A stretch of DNA of 63,826 nt, filler included, from Choristocarpus tenellus KU-1152 (taxonomy: Eukaryota > Protista > Phaeophyceae), in the NCBI GenBank assembly GCA_964200185.2. It is 13 parts of 13 records of this genome, joined end to end, with 100 filler letters (N's around TTAATTAATTAA, not from the genome) between each part and the next. Parts side by side here need not be neighbours in the genome. Positions count along the whole stretch, not along the records: positions 23,416 to 27,791 come from CAXNAD020014840.1; positions 27,892 to 31,122 come from CAXNAD020021380.1; positions 31,223 to 34,360 come from CAXNAD020022042.1; positions 34,461 to 38,027 come from CAXNAD020019215.1; 9 more parts are not named here. The stretch is one strand, 5' to 3'. The notes under the pieces were generated by a model. The model ran no database searches. It was not told the DNA's origin and saw nothing but the letters and a program-made list of their open reading frames with translations. How positions within the stretch are numbered: position 1 is the first letter of the stretch; every line of letters begins with the position of its first letter. The position numbers and the translations under genes are program-made. Shown in pieces: positions 24,997 to 37,132 of the stretch.

Positions 24997-27104
24997 AACC
25001 CTTGCCTTTGATCCATGGTGCTTCGTGGTTATTGGCTATTATGACCGGGTCCTCTACATTTATTGTATGATACGATCGCATACCACTAGAACTAATAATT
25101 TGTATGTCTTGTGTTGGACTTCCTGACTACGTCATTCATGGCTCATCCCAGTCAACAAGTATCCTCTTCTCTACAACTAACACGGGACGCCATCAAGCTA
25201 TCTGTTGTGCCCAATTCAATCCAAATGTATTGTGCAAACTTTGGTACAATGTCTTCCCAAAGTAACTTGTTGCAGACACCATTATAGTTTTGCTAGACAG
25301 TGTCATGTATATGATTGATTATAGATACAATATGAACAATGGATGGTGCATCATTCTGCACCTCTAACAAAAATATTGGTAGCATGACAAGATTGACAAG
25401 TATGAAGGAATAACGTATTGTCATATGCTTTGAAGAATATGTTACACATTGCCGCGAATTGTCGCATTCCGAACACCCCTCCCTACCTAGAGGCAAGGTC
25501 AAGCAGTAACACTATTACTCCATTTTTTCCTATTGTTGCTTGTATTAAGCAGTAATGCAAATTCGAAGCAATTAATATTATTACTATGTACGTAGTCAGT
25601 GACATCTTGGAGAATCAGATCCTAGATATCGGGATGAAGGAGAAACAGCCTGAAACACAACAAACACATACTCAACAGAATATGTGATTAGAAATACATG
25701 GCAAGAATAGTATACTACAATAGTATAAAATTTAGATGGTTAAAAGTTACTCACTATTTCAACAAAGAAAGGAGATGGTGCATATGGATGCACGGAATAT
25801 GAAACACACAGTCATACGCCAGTCTCTAGTTGGTGTTACGTTAGAGCATAAATATCACAATTCCATGGTTAGATACTTCATTTGCCAAAGAGGCAGCAAT
25901 AACACATCGTCCGAGAGAATGACCAATCCCTATAATATTATTTGCAGGTACATAATGTACTAAGTATTTATCATAATCTATCGTTCTTAAAATACTTAAC
26001 TTTCCCCTGTCAAATTCCTCCAATATTGGCTTATATTCGTTAGAATAATGTCACAATCAGCTACAACTATATACTGTCAATTGTGTAGCATTTGTTTTTT
26101 TTAAGTGTATAGAACAGAAGAAGCAGTAGTAGTACCTTCACCACGACACTCAATTCACACAAATACATGCATTGCTTTGAAAATGACAAGGAGAATTTTT
26201 GCCCGCTTCGTTTTTACGATCTGAGTTGGTCACACACACTACCTGTTGTGGATTATAAAAATGATAATGAATGAACCAAACCAATTGAGAAGTAGCGAGA
26301 GTTAAATTTCAAGGATCCCAAGAAAAGGCAAAAACACATAATTTTGTACAAATCACATAATAAGTCTTTCCTTAATTGTGGTGTCCCTTTTTGTGCGGAA
26401 AGAAAGGGGGATTATCAATTTTGCATGATGTACTGTTGTGCACATAAAAGGCGATGAAATAGAGAGCACTGCACGGGGTAAGGAAGATGGCATATACTTC
26501 GAAGTAGTGTAAAAGGGTTCCAAGCTGCCTGCCTCTCAGTTGGTTTGGCTCAATGGTACTGTATCTATGTATCGATATATTCTATTACGATTGCCATTAT
26601 TGAAGGGAAGAGTTCTTTGCCTTCTATGTTGCCTTTTTCTGACCTCACCAAAAACGCTGCACCCTGTGTTTACACCCTCCTTGAATTTGCTAACCGTTTT
26701 CTAGTTTCGTAATGGTGAAGAGTGGGTGCGACAAAAAAAAATCTTGACAAGAATGAGACGAGTGGTGACACAATGACATCATGTAATTATGTGGTACCAG
26801 TTGGAAGTCGGAGGCTATTAAAGATCAATTGCTTGTGTCGACAACTTAGTAAATATTGTGGGGACTCATTCCTATGTCGTCCACTAGAATTTGTAGGTTC
26901 AATAATGATCCTTCGAAGTAATGTAGTCAATGTGCAGCGATCGTACCAAGGAAGGCTTGGACAAACCACAATGAAACATTGTGTTTCCCTCTGCCTTATT
27001 CGGAGTAGAGAGCAGGTACGTTCAAGACAATCAGATAAAATAATTTCCGCACAAAGCCCAACTGATCAATGACACAGCAGTCAGTCACAAGTGGCCTTGC
27101 AAAG

Positions 27105-27490
27105 AATAGAAATTGACCCTGGCTCACTTCAAGATACCCAGGTTTCCATCTGTTGCAGCACTGGATCAGTATTGATACCCCAAGGATAGTCAATGACCCT
27201 GACACACTTAAGCATATCGAGGCATCTCAATCTGCAGCATCGGAGAAGGTATTGACATTCCAAGGTTACCCATTCACCCCGTTCCACTTCAAGACATCCT
27301 GGAGCGGCACTGGAACAGGTAGTCTCGTGCGAGGAATGACCATTGGCCCTGGTCATGTTCAAGAAATCCAGGGTTCCCTCTACTGCCGCACTGGACAGAA
27401 CAGATAGTCTCATTCCATAGACCATTACTGCCCCTGAGCCACTTCTAAATATCTGACATGTTTGGCATTTGGTGCAGCTGGTGCTTCATG
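27105..27490 (-). pseudogene. Decayed ankyrin-repeat gene of the KWARxNGCPW type
   Basis: Across frameshifts: KWLRGSNGLWNET, SAAVEGTLDFLNMTRANGHSSHETTCSSAA, DVLKWNGVNG*PWNVNTFSDAA, LDMLKCVRVIDYPWGINT, SSAATDGNLGILK*ARVN. This matches the repeat AA.GG.LEVLKWARxNGCPWD..TC. Confidence 0.7.
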
Positions 27491-27891
27491 CTAGCCTGAG
27501 CTCCTGCTCCTACACCTGTTGCTTCTTCCTGCTGCTCGTGCTGGTGCAGCTCCTGCTTCTCTCTGTTAATAGGTAATGCCCTATACATTTCCTTGAGCAT
27601 CCCATATGAGCCCAGTTTGTCCTCGAAGAATTTACATAAGTCTAGGGATTAAGCATGCGACCTTGACGGATGCAAGGATGAGACAACAAAGCTGGAACAT
27701 AATCTTCAATCCACTAAGCCACTACAGGAGAACCTGGGGTGGTATGTGTTCGATTAGACTCTTCCAACTCTATCGGACAGTTACGGTAAATNNNNNNNNN
27801 NNNNNNNNNNNNNNNNNNNNNNNNNNNNNNNNNNNTTAATTAATTAANNNNNNNNNNNNNNNNNNNNNNNNNNNNNNNNNNNNNNNNNNNN

Positions 27892-30274
27892 TAGTCATGT
27901 GAATCAGCCAATCCCTTTAACCCCTGTCCCTGTTCTTAAAAGTCAGAGTTCATCTCACCAGAAGGCACATGGTCTTCTCCAAAAGCACCTGACTGGTCTC
28001 TCGGAGGAAGATGAGTGCCCCCGAAGCAAGACGGATGTGATACGTGAAACTGTAGCAGTTGGGCATTTGTTCCACAATTGTTGGTACTGTCATTTCAGCC
28101 GCCAGCCTTGAACTCCCATTGTGTCTCCTCTACCATCTTGCCTCTTAGTGTCTTGACTCTGTCGTCACCTCACACAAGTGTCTGACCCCCACTTCCCCTG
28201 GCAAGTCCCCTTCCTCCATTCTCCAATCTCCCCTTACCAAAAACATGTCTGTGGTGGAAATGATCCTGATCTCTTCCTCTTCCTCCACTACCACCACTTA
28301 TTCTTGGAAACTTGGATCCTGAAGTGTCACAGCTGTCAAGAGAGTAAGTACACACCATCATTTTCCCCTCACACCCCCCAAACAAATATGTAGGGGCAAT
28401 AGCTGACATAGAGGATGGGATGAGATTTGTGAAGCCTCACCCACGAAGTAGGTAAGTTTGGGCGGGCAAGTCCACCCATGAAAATATCTAACAGGTGCCA
28501 CTGACCCAATTTAGCATGATGTTGGTTCCTAAGAACACATTGTGGATGGCAACAATTGCATATTTGGGGCATGATGCCGGTGAGAAGGGTGTAGTCCAGA
28601 TGGAAAGAAAGTAGTGGCTTTGTCCAGGATGGCGCTGCCTAAGGATGTATCCCATTTTTGTTCTTTGTTGGGGGGAACATTATGTTACTCAAATTTTTTT
28701 CCATGTCTAACAAAGAGTGCATTTCCTTTCTTTCTTTGGAGAAAGGGGTAACTTTCGAGTTGTCAGTGTTAGTGTTGAGTAACTCTGACCCTCCAAATAT
28801 AGGTCATTACCATGTGCTATTATTGCCATGTGTCCACATATTGTCTACTAAGTAGTAGATAGAAGAGTGACAATTTCCTTGTTGATGGTGTTTGCAGTAA
28901 GTGGTTGGTAGTGGAATTGGAGAATTTTGTTGCCAGCCCCCCCTGTCTTTTACGCAGCAAGAGATACTCTTGATATGAGCGGGTGGATTGGTGAATTGGG
29001 AATGTCCAGTCGTTGTGTATTGAAGGGATCGTGAGCCTACCCCTTCGTCCGTTTCATTTGATGAAGGTAGTTCGTTGAAGTTATCGTGGGTAGAGGGTTT
29101 GGAAGAGGCTGATGATAAGTCTCTGTATTCTGAACAGGGAGAGTGGGCCACAGAGGTAGAAATGAGAAGTTTTTGGTGAGGGATAACTGGCAATCCAATT
29201 TCACCTGGTGGTATAGTAAGCCTGTTGTTGAAACATGTTCCCATGTTCAAATGTTGGGCCCTATGATAATAAGAGCAGTTAGGACTGCAACAAAAGGGGT
29301 AGGGAGGGATTCAGAGAGTCCAAAAACCTCTCAGTGGCATCCAATGTTGTGTGCATTGAACGTCTAGGAGGACAGCATGTGATATCCCTTTTCCGTTGAG
29401 ATCTTGGTGATGGAGTGTTGTAATGATCATCAGTCTATACACTTTTGGTTTAAGATAGATAACGAGGTTCATTGGTGGTGCAGGTGCTGCTGCTGATGTC
29501 AAGCTCGAAAAACAAAGTGATGAATAGTGCGATGGGCTCTTTTCTTGGCACCTTTGTCTGGCGACAACTTTCGACAATATATACCCTCTATCCGAAAAGC
29601 ACATTGGGGACTTGCACATAATCAATGTAGTCGATTAGTGGATATTGTGCCATGTTTGCCTTACTCTTGTTTGGGTTTAGGTTTGGGTTTGTTCATGACA
29701 CTCGGTCTACCTGGGTAGAAGGAAGTTCTGGAGGAACAGCAGCATGAAGAGAAGCTGAAGTAGATATTGCCTGGTTGTTGGGACAGGTACCTTTCACGGT
29801 GATGAGGGTAAGAGTATGTGTACATTGTCAAGCAATGGTAAGGTGGGGCAGAGTTTGTTGTATCTTGACCTACTTCATGTTATTGCCTTGGGGTTTATCG
29901 CATTTGTGTTATTTTATTTGCTGGGAACGTTCCACTGTTTTTATTATCTCTGTCAAGGACGTTGAAGTAGCATTTTGACACTAATCAATCAACCTTAACA
30001 GCTGACACAACCTAGGTTGATAAGAGGAGTTGGGAGCCCTCTTTCTTGCAGGTGTTTTGTATGAAGAACATTTAGCGTGAGATATATCTTTAGTAATGAA
30101 GTCGCAGAAATATTCTAGCAGTAGTTGGACATCACGTTGTGAATACCCTGGTGTTGCAGCTTCCTCTCCCATGTCCACCTCGTTTTTGTCTCTTTTTCTC
30201 TGCACCTCACAGGGGTAGTTGCTGCTGGGGTGGGTGAGAGTTTTGTCATGTAACAGGATAAATAGCACCTCCAA
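27892..30274 (-). mobile_element. Highly decayed non-LTR retrotransposon-like sequence (tentative)
   Basis: Long intronless fragmented ORF region with weak echoes of RT and RNase H motifs (CTYSLDSCDT, WEFKAG); no intact diagnostic motif. Confidence 0.3.
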
Positions 30275-30589
30275 GCCACCTGCTTCTTGTGGTTCGGTTG
30301 GGCAAGCAGGTTATTTATTCAATAGACAACTGGGGTCAAAGTATCTGGGTGGGACTACGTCTGGCTTTTTTTTGTGAGGCTTGAGTTTCATCCATACTCA
30401 GAGGAGCATCATTCATGGGAAATGTTATGTGGATCTTCGGAACACTTGTTGAAAGTCACAATGATGTGACATCCAGCGAACGGATCCGAGATTGTTGATC
30501 AATATCATTCCGAAATGCTTGCTGTACTTTGATCCTCTACCTTGCTCATGCAGGCCCTTCCTCTCTATCACAGTGATTGTCGTTTCTCC

Positions 30590-31000
30590 CCTCAGCTTAT
30601 TGAACTGACCCGATTCATTAGTACTCATGCCGAGAGTCTACAGTGGACCATGTAGAGAGAGAACTTGGCGGTCTCAAACGAAGATGGGGTCAAAGATGAG
30701 AAAGACAAGTCTGAAAGTTGCGAAGGCCAAGGTCAACTTTTTCCAGTGAACAACACGTCACCTTCAACCAACCTGATTGGTATATACATAATTCCGACAA
30801 TTGATTTAGTCGAAGGCACCCTGGGATGTTTTTGCTTCAACAAGACAGGATGGTAAAGGATAAACCCAGGGACGGGTCCTTTCGGAGTTTGGTGCACCAA
30901 CCATAGAATCGTTTTTGGAATCCGCGGCAAGATTGGAGTGGAAGGGGGCGTCTTGTTCAACACTAGAGCACAATGCCATTCGGCATACACTCTTGACTAG
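30590..31000 (-). mobile_element. Helitron/PIF1-type helicase relic
   Basis: Fragments in the expected order: ALVLNK, AADS, PG...HPVLLK, LVEGDVLFTGK, and L*TLGMSTNESGQFNK (cf. PLRLAFAMTINKSQGQ). Cut at 31006 by a family A MITE. Confidence 0.5.
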
Positions 31001-31005
31001 GTTCA

Positions 31006-31319
31006 GGCTCAAAGTATCCGGGGGGGGGGGGGGGGGGGGGGGCCTACCCCAGGGGGTCCATTTCGGGCCTGACAAGGAAAGTTGCCCTTAGTAAAAAAGG
31101 GAAAGAGGTTGAAACTGTTTAANNNNNNNNNNNNNNNNNNNNNNNNNNNNNNNNNNNNNNNNNNNNTTAATTAATTAANNNNNNNNNNNNNNNNNNNNNN
31201 NNNNNNNNNNNNNNNNNNNNNNCCCCCTACGCAATGCCAAAACAACCAAAAAACGAACATTAAAAAAAGGGGCCCCGAATGTACAGCCCCCCCCCCCCCC
31301 CCCCAGAAACTTTTAGGCC
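31006..31319. mobile_element. Family A MITE fragments on both sides of a linker
   Basis: GGCTCAAAGTATCC-polyG-CCTACCCCAGGGGGTCCATTTC (31006-31122) and polyC-AGAAACTTTTAGGCC (31223-31319). Confidence 0.75.
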
Positions 31320-31387
31320 GAGCAAGCTGACTCTATGCCAACAAGACCAAAGCTGTTTAAAGATAGGATACACCCATCAAGTCACAC

Positions 31388-33806
31388 CTGTAGCAACACG
31401 ATGCCCTTCAGAGTCACTCGTAGCCTCCGCTTGGAGTAGATACACCGCGCCAGTGACTGAATGAGGACCACTGCATTCACCTAGAATAGAACAGAATAGA
31501 ACAGAATAGAATAGAATATAATAGAATAGAATTAATTTTTTTTTTTTTTTTGTATGAGTGTCATTTTTTTTTTTTTTTTTTCGAACAGAAACGGATATGT
31601 AAATGAGATTTCTTTTCATCACACACGTTTTCAATAAGCTACAGATAAACATCAAGAATACATAGAACATAAACATATATATACATAGATACATACACAT
31701 GTATCAGTCAGTACCACGAGGACAAACAAGCAGACAGTATTCAACACAAATCAGGACCAAAAACGAGAAGGGCTTGTCTCACAATGTATACAGTATACAA
31801 GTAATGATAAAATGCATCCACCAACCTGATCACAGAAAGAAAGGTACCACCACCTCTGGAAACGGCTCCTCACCCATGCCTGGATAGTGACTGCTGCAAC
31901 CTACCAAAGGGAAGAAAGGAGGAAGAGAGAGAGAGAGAGAGAGAGAGAGCATCACCCCATCAGCTACACAAAAAGTCTCCCAAGATCAATACAAAGGAGG
32001 CAAAAAAAGTAACTTTTGTTAATTCAGGTCTACAACGCCTAATCTCCTCAAAAATCTCATGACAAGACCTACAGTAAAGTTCTGTGTTGTAGACACAGCA
32101 GTACATTGATATATTGATACATTGATATATTGATACGACACACCTCCCTTCCCCCCGCCGCTAAACACATAACATTCCTTTTCCACTTTCTCAAGACAAT
32201 TTGTTCACACTTATTTTGTTTCCAGCGTAACCACCTGCTTGCCCCCCTGCCCCCATCAGCAGAACACCTCCCTCCCACCACACTCAAAATCTCACAAGCA
32301 CGCCTTACTGATCTCCAACAACACTCACTGTCTCCTTCTGTCTGGCATCCCTCAATGCTGCTGAGACCACACGAACACGCCACCCCCTAGTTATCGCCTG
32401 TATAACCACTGCTGCCATCGCCCTCCTCGAACCGTCCAAACCCCTCAGCTGCTTCCTCTTCGCTGCTGCTGCAACTACCCTCCACCAACACTGAAGAGTC
32501 ACAGCACACCGAGACTCTCTTTGCCTCTCACTCACATAGACAACATCCTCCTTGGGGTCTGTGGTAAAGGAACAGCAGGAATCAGGGAGGGGCAGTTGAG
32601 CTATCTGATGCAAACGTGTGTAGGGGGATGTAGCTTGTAATAGTTTTGAATGTAACTCAGTAAAAATACATTCAACTATTAGTAGCACAGTAATGCAGTG
32701 TGATACAGTTAAATATTGTACAGTATAAATACTACAGTTACATGTGACAGTTACATGTAACTGTCCACTTGGTCTCTTCGATTTCGGACAGAAGAGGAAC
32801 AATTTGCAGGACAAGACACTCCCCCCCTTTCAATCCTAATCCAGAAAATGCACTATCCTATCGCAATATGAGACAGTATGGAGTGTCAACCAAAGAAAAA
32901 TAAAGATAAGACATCACATAAGTGAAAAAAAATAAATACTGGACAACAAATGTATCAATAAGTGAAAAGTCATGCCCTGTCTTACAAAGGCATTTTTCAT
33001 CCAAACAATTAAAACACCTCAGCCAAAATCCTTCCTCATAAAGAGAGGAGAAAAATCTACTCTTCCTACTACCCTTATTCTTTTTCATACTTCAAACCAC
33101 AAACCAATAACGTCTACATGTCTCTGATTGAAACTCACAAAAGATAACTGATTTTTTTTTTGGTTCAGAACAATTTTGTACAGCGGAACAATTTTGTACA
33201 GAGGCAATTGAGGAAACACACCATTCCACAGAAGACAGTATCGCCTCTAATACTCCCAAAGCAAGCAAACACACTTAGCTCTTAGCTCACACTTAGCTCA
33301 ACAGGCAAGTGTGCAGCAGGGCATTCAAACAAAAAAACGGATAAATAAATACAAAATACTCCAATTTTTTTGGAGTACCAAGCTTTAACTATTATTTTAA
33401 ACATCCAATACTCACACACCTTTACAGACAAAAAATCATACGCACACAATCCAAATCCTAACCCCAACACTAACCCTCCACTCTCCCCGTAATCAAGGCG
33501 TTCACCACCAAGAGGCATTCCTCTTTCCACCCCACCACCCTCCCTATACCCACATCTCCGTAAGCCCACTGTTGCCTTTGGGGTAGTTGCACCATCGTCC
33601 TTCCCACCCCCATCTTCACATGAGGCCCCAGCCCTGGCCCCTCTTGTCTTCTCTCCTCTCGCTGTGTTGGCCCTGTCCACAAGGTTCCCTCTACCTGTCT
33701 TCCTGAGGTGGACACGGTAGCATCTCTGCAAGCGGATGGAGGACCGGATTTCTGCACTCGACTCAAGGAGGCGTGCACACAGGTGTGCCAAGACAGTGAT
33801 AATCGT
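31388..33806 (-). CDS. ASPM: Abnormal spindle-like microcephaly-associated protein homologue, CH-end and IQ region, partial
   Basis: Phase-compatible exons 33806-33695, 32558-32329, 31900-31826, 31480-31388: TIITVLAHLCARLLESSAEIRSSIRLQRCYR (cf. ASPM [27 protein letters not shown]), then IQ motifs AVTLQCWWR, AVVIQAITRGW, AVTIQAWVR, AVVLIQSLAR. The first exon's donor position is uncertain. Confidence 0.85.
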
Positions 33807-34588
33807 CTGACAAACGCCAAACGGAAAAAAATTGCAACAAACAATGCAGTGCAAGAGTAAGCCAGGAAAAGAGGGGAAAAATAGGGGGGGGGAAGGAAGG
33901 AGGTGGGGATTGGAGGGGTGTTCGAAAAGTTCTTTCCGTTATATTTATTTATTTATATTTGTTTCATTTTACAAAGGAAGGCGTGAATTTTAATCGAATT
34001 CTCTACAGCAATGAGTCAGACATCACACAATCTTGCTTCACAAGATACTAACAGTTTCTTGACAAAAGTATTATCATGCCATTGTATGGGTGTATGGGAC
34101 AGGCTACGGAGTCGAGACTTGGCAAAAAAAAAGAAGTGCTAACGAAAAAAAGTTACATGTTTTTTTTTTAAACTCCCTAGACTGTGCAAACATCACAAGA
34201 TACATAAAAAATTCGGTATAAAAAAAAAAACCTCATCTCAAAACCAATAAAAACATATCTTCAAGCAGTCAAAATTTACAAACCCCTTAAACCATCACCA
34301 TCCAAACAAGAAAAATATAGATGCGATGCCTTACCAAATCCCCCCCCCTCCTCCAAATCTNNNNNNNNNNNNNNNNNNNNNNNNNNNNNNNNNNNNNNNN
34401 NNNNTTAATTAATTAANNNNNNNNNNNNNNNNNNNNNNNNNNNNNNNNNNNNNNNNNNNNAATACTTCAACAACTCAATGTTTCTCCCACAGAATCATAT
34501 TTTACACATGAATAAAAAGCATATTCTTAACATCCTTGACCCGAAACTCGATACCCACTGGAATTGCGGTGGTTGTATCACCATGAAG

Positions 34589-37132
34589 ATTACCATGGTG
34601 GCATGCGGATCTATCTGCACTACAGCCCTGACTGTGGATCGAAGGGTCTTTACCTGGGGTGTAGGAGAGGATGGGGGTCTGGGACGGGGTGGAGATGAGA
34701 TGTTTCTTGCACAAGTAGGACTATGATAACACTTGTTGTGCTAGGGGTAGCGATAGGGGAGCAGGCTTGATATGGATAAGTTTCTTGTGATCATAAACCA
34801 CACATCCATACTCAGAGATGTCACCTGCTTGAGGAGAAGAATTCTGAGCTCGCTTATTACCAGCGTAACGTTCCTGTTTTCAGTCACTTGCGCAGCCTAT
34901 GGGGCTCAGGGATCAATAGTACTTTCTGATGCTCCTACATGCTAAGATTTGAGAGGACATGCTAGACGCAAGTAGTGCTGCTCCTATGTAAACCATTGTA
35001 CCTTTGCTCTATGATACTGGTTATCAGAATAGAATGCCTTGGTGGTATTCAGTTATGCTTTGTGGTGCTCTAATGATTCACACCTCTGCATGAGGTCAAC
35101 TAAGGGCACAATGTTGTGTGCCCGATCACTGTACGTAACAAACGGTCTTGGATCACAGCAAGATTACCATGCCACAGTTGTAGTGGTTTGGGTTGTAGAT
35201 AGGACACTGGCAGGACCTGTAACGCCCTTGCATAAATTACGGCATAGAAGTTTCGAAGTGCAAGGTGAATAGAAACGATTGAATGATTTAGAAACAACAA
35301 GTACCCAAACCTTCTTTAGAAGAGTGATGCATTCAAATGCATATATATATATATATATATATATCTTTATCTAAACATGTATATTATGTGTGTGTCTGGA
35401 TGTCAATGTGCTTACTGTAGTCACCTCAACATGTATGCTCCACAAGAGTCTAAAGTGTGTAGGAGAGTAGTCTTGGTCTCTGAAACGACAAGTGACAATT
35501 CAACATTCCGAGTCAACTTGCCCGTGAGGGTCTCCCAAGAGAGACTCCCATCACGGATCTGTTGACAGTCAAATGATAAACTCTTTCTAGCTCTTTAGAT
35601 CAAAATCATGGTGTGTTCACATGTTGTTCAGGTTCACATGGGTAGAAATCAGGAGCTTCCCATACTCCACAGTCTACATAAAAGGTTTTTGACATTTTTT
35701 TATATTTTTCTGCGTTCTGCTGTAATAGTGTGGAAATATTTGGTTTCATCAAGATCAAAATCTTGATATTCACATCTTCGAATGACTCTGTTTGCAGACT
35801 TTGGAGATTTTTTCAGCTTCGGCGAATTCTTGCCATGATATGACTGGTCTTTCCTCACTCAAGGCATCTTAGGGAAATACCCAGCATCTTAACCTACACT
35901 TCTATTTGCTGTATATATCTGGGACAAATTATGTTACATGTATCACTGCCCAGCAAGTACCTGGACATTTGTTTGTATGCATTAACAATATGGGCAGGTG
36001 ATTTCAGTGCAGATAATACCTTCATTCATAACACAAAGGCTCAGGATCACACTGTGGTTTTTCGTGAGAGTTAACATCACTTCCATGAGAAAAGGGGGGT
36101 CAAATGATATGGTGTCTTTCTCTCTACAACCTTGGGGGGAAGACGCTGTTTCATTTTGTATGGCCTATTTGCGAGTAGTTGTTACCACTCAACAAAAAGG
36201 CTATGCCTGCCCATAGTATTTGTCCTTGTCCCAACCCCATGTGTCCACCCTCTTACCACGCTCACACTGCTCTGGTCTGTCTCTCACAAAAGTGGAAGGA
36301 GATCTGACGGGTGAGATCGTTTTGAAGGTAGCCTCGGGAGAGTGCCAGTCTCTTGCTGTGTGCTTATCTGGCAGTATTTTTGGATGGGGTGGTCACAGAG
36401 ATAAGGTCAGAGAGATAAGGTCAGAGAAGAAGAGGGCGCAGAGCTAGCCCTCATTGTGCATGTAGAGAGGCGTTACTTACCAACAGTATACACAAGCCTT
36501 GACCAGAAATCTAGTCTAGAGATAACTGGAGGTATCCTTGTGTCCAATGTCTAGAGATGCAAATATAATCATATACACATATACATATTGGGGAGTGGAG
36601 GGTGGAGGAGGAGATATCTCTCTTCAACTGACTCTCTGCTGTTAATGTGGAAAATTCCCTCACATAACCACCTGAGCGACACAAGTGTGCCTTGTGTTCA
36701 TCTTATCACTTGTCTGACATGTGACCCCTGTGTGGATGTTCCCATGCAACAATGTTATGGCGAAATGCACTACTTGATTACACCTGCAGGGGGGAAAGAT
36801 GTGGTGTCAGTCCCCAGTTGGTGCAGGTCCTGAGGGTTGTAAGGGGTTCTCCAATAGCCCCATCCAGGTACAATACTTGCTAACCTCCTTGGCTCTTTTA
36901 AGGAAAACCTGCTTGTGCGATTTATAGCATAGGTACAAAGCACAGCATTACGTTGTGGAGAATAGATTTTTTCAATACCCTTCTTCTCAGTCCCCCTATT
37001 CTCATTATTGTGTCGAAAAATTATATACTACTGTAGCGATACTATCCGATGTTTGCCCAGATCATGGGTTTCATGGGTAAGATGGCAGAGGTGCAGTGCG
37101 GTGCATGCTTCAACCTGGCACTTACAGAGGAG
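34589..37132 (+). CDS. RCC1: RCC1-repeat protein (possibly a pseudogenising copy), partial
   Basis: Phase-0 exons 34589-34714 (VACGSICTTALTVDRRVFTWGVGEDGGLGR), 36292-36405 (VASGECQSLAVCLSGSIFGWG), 36790-36867 and 37061-37132 (VQCGACFNLALTE). Exon 2 lacks a canonical in-frame AG acceptor. Confidence 0.8.
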
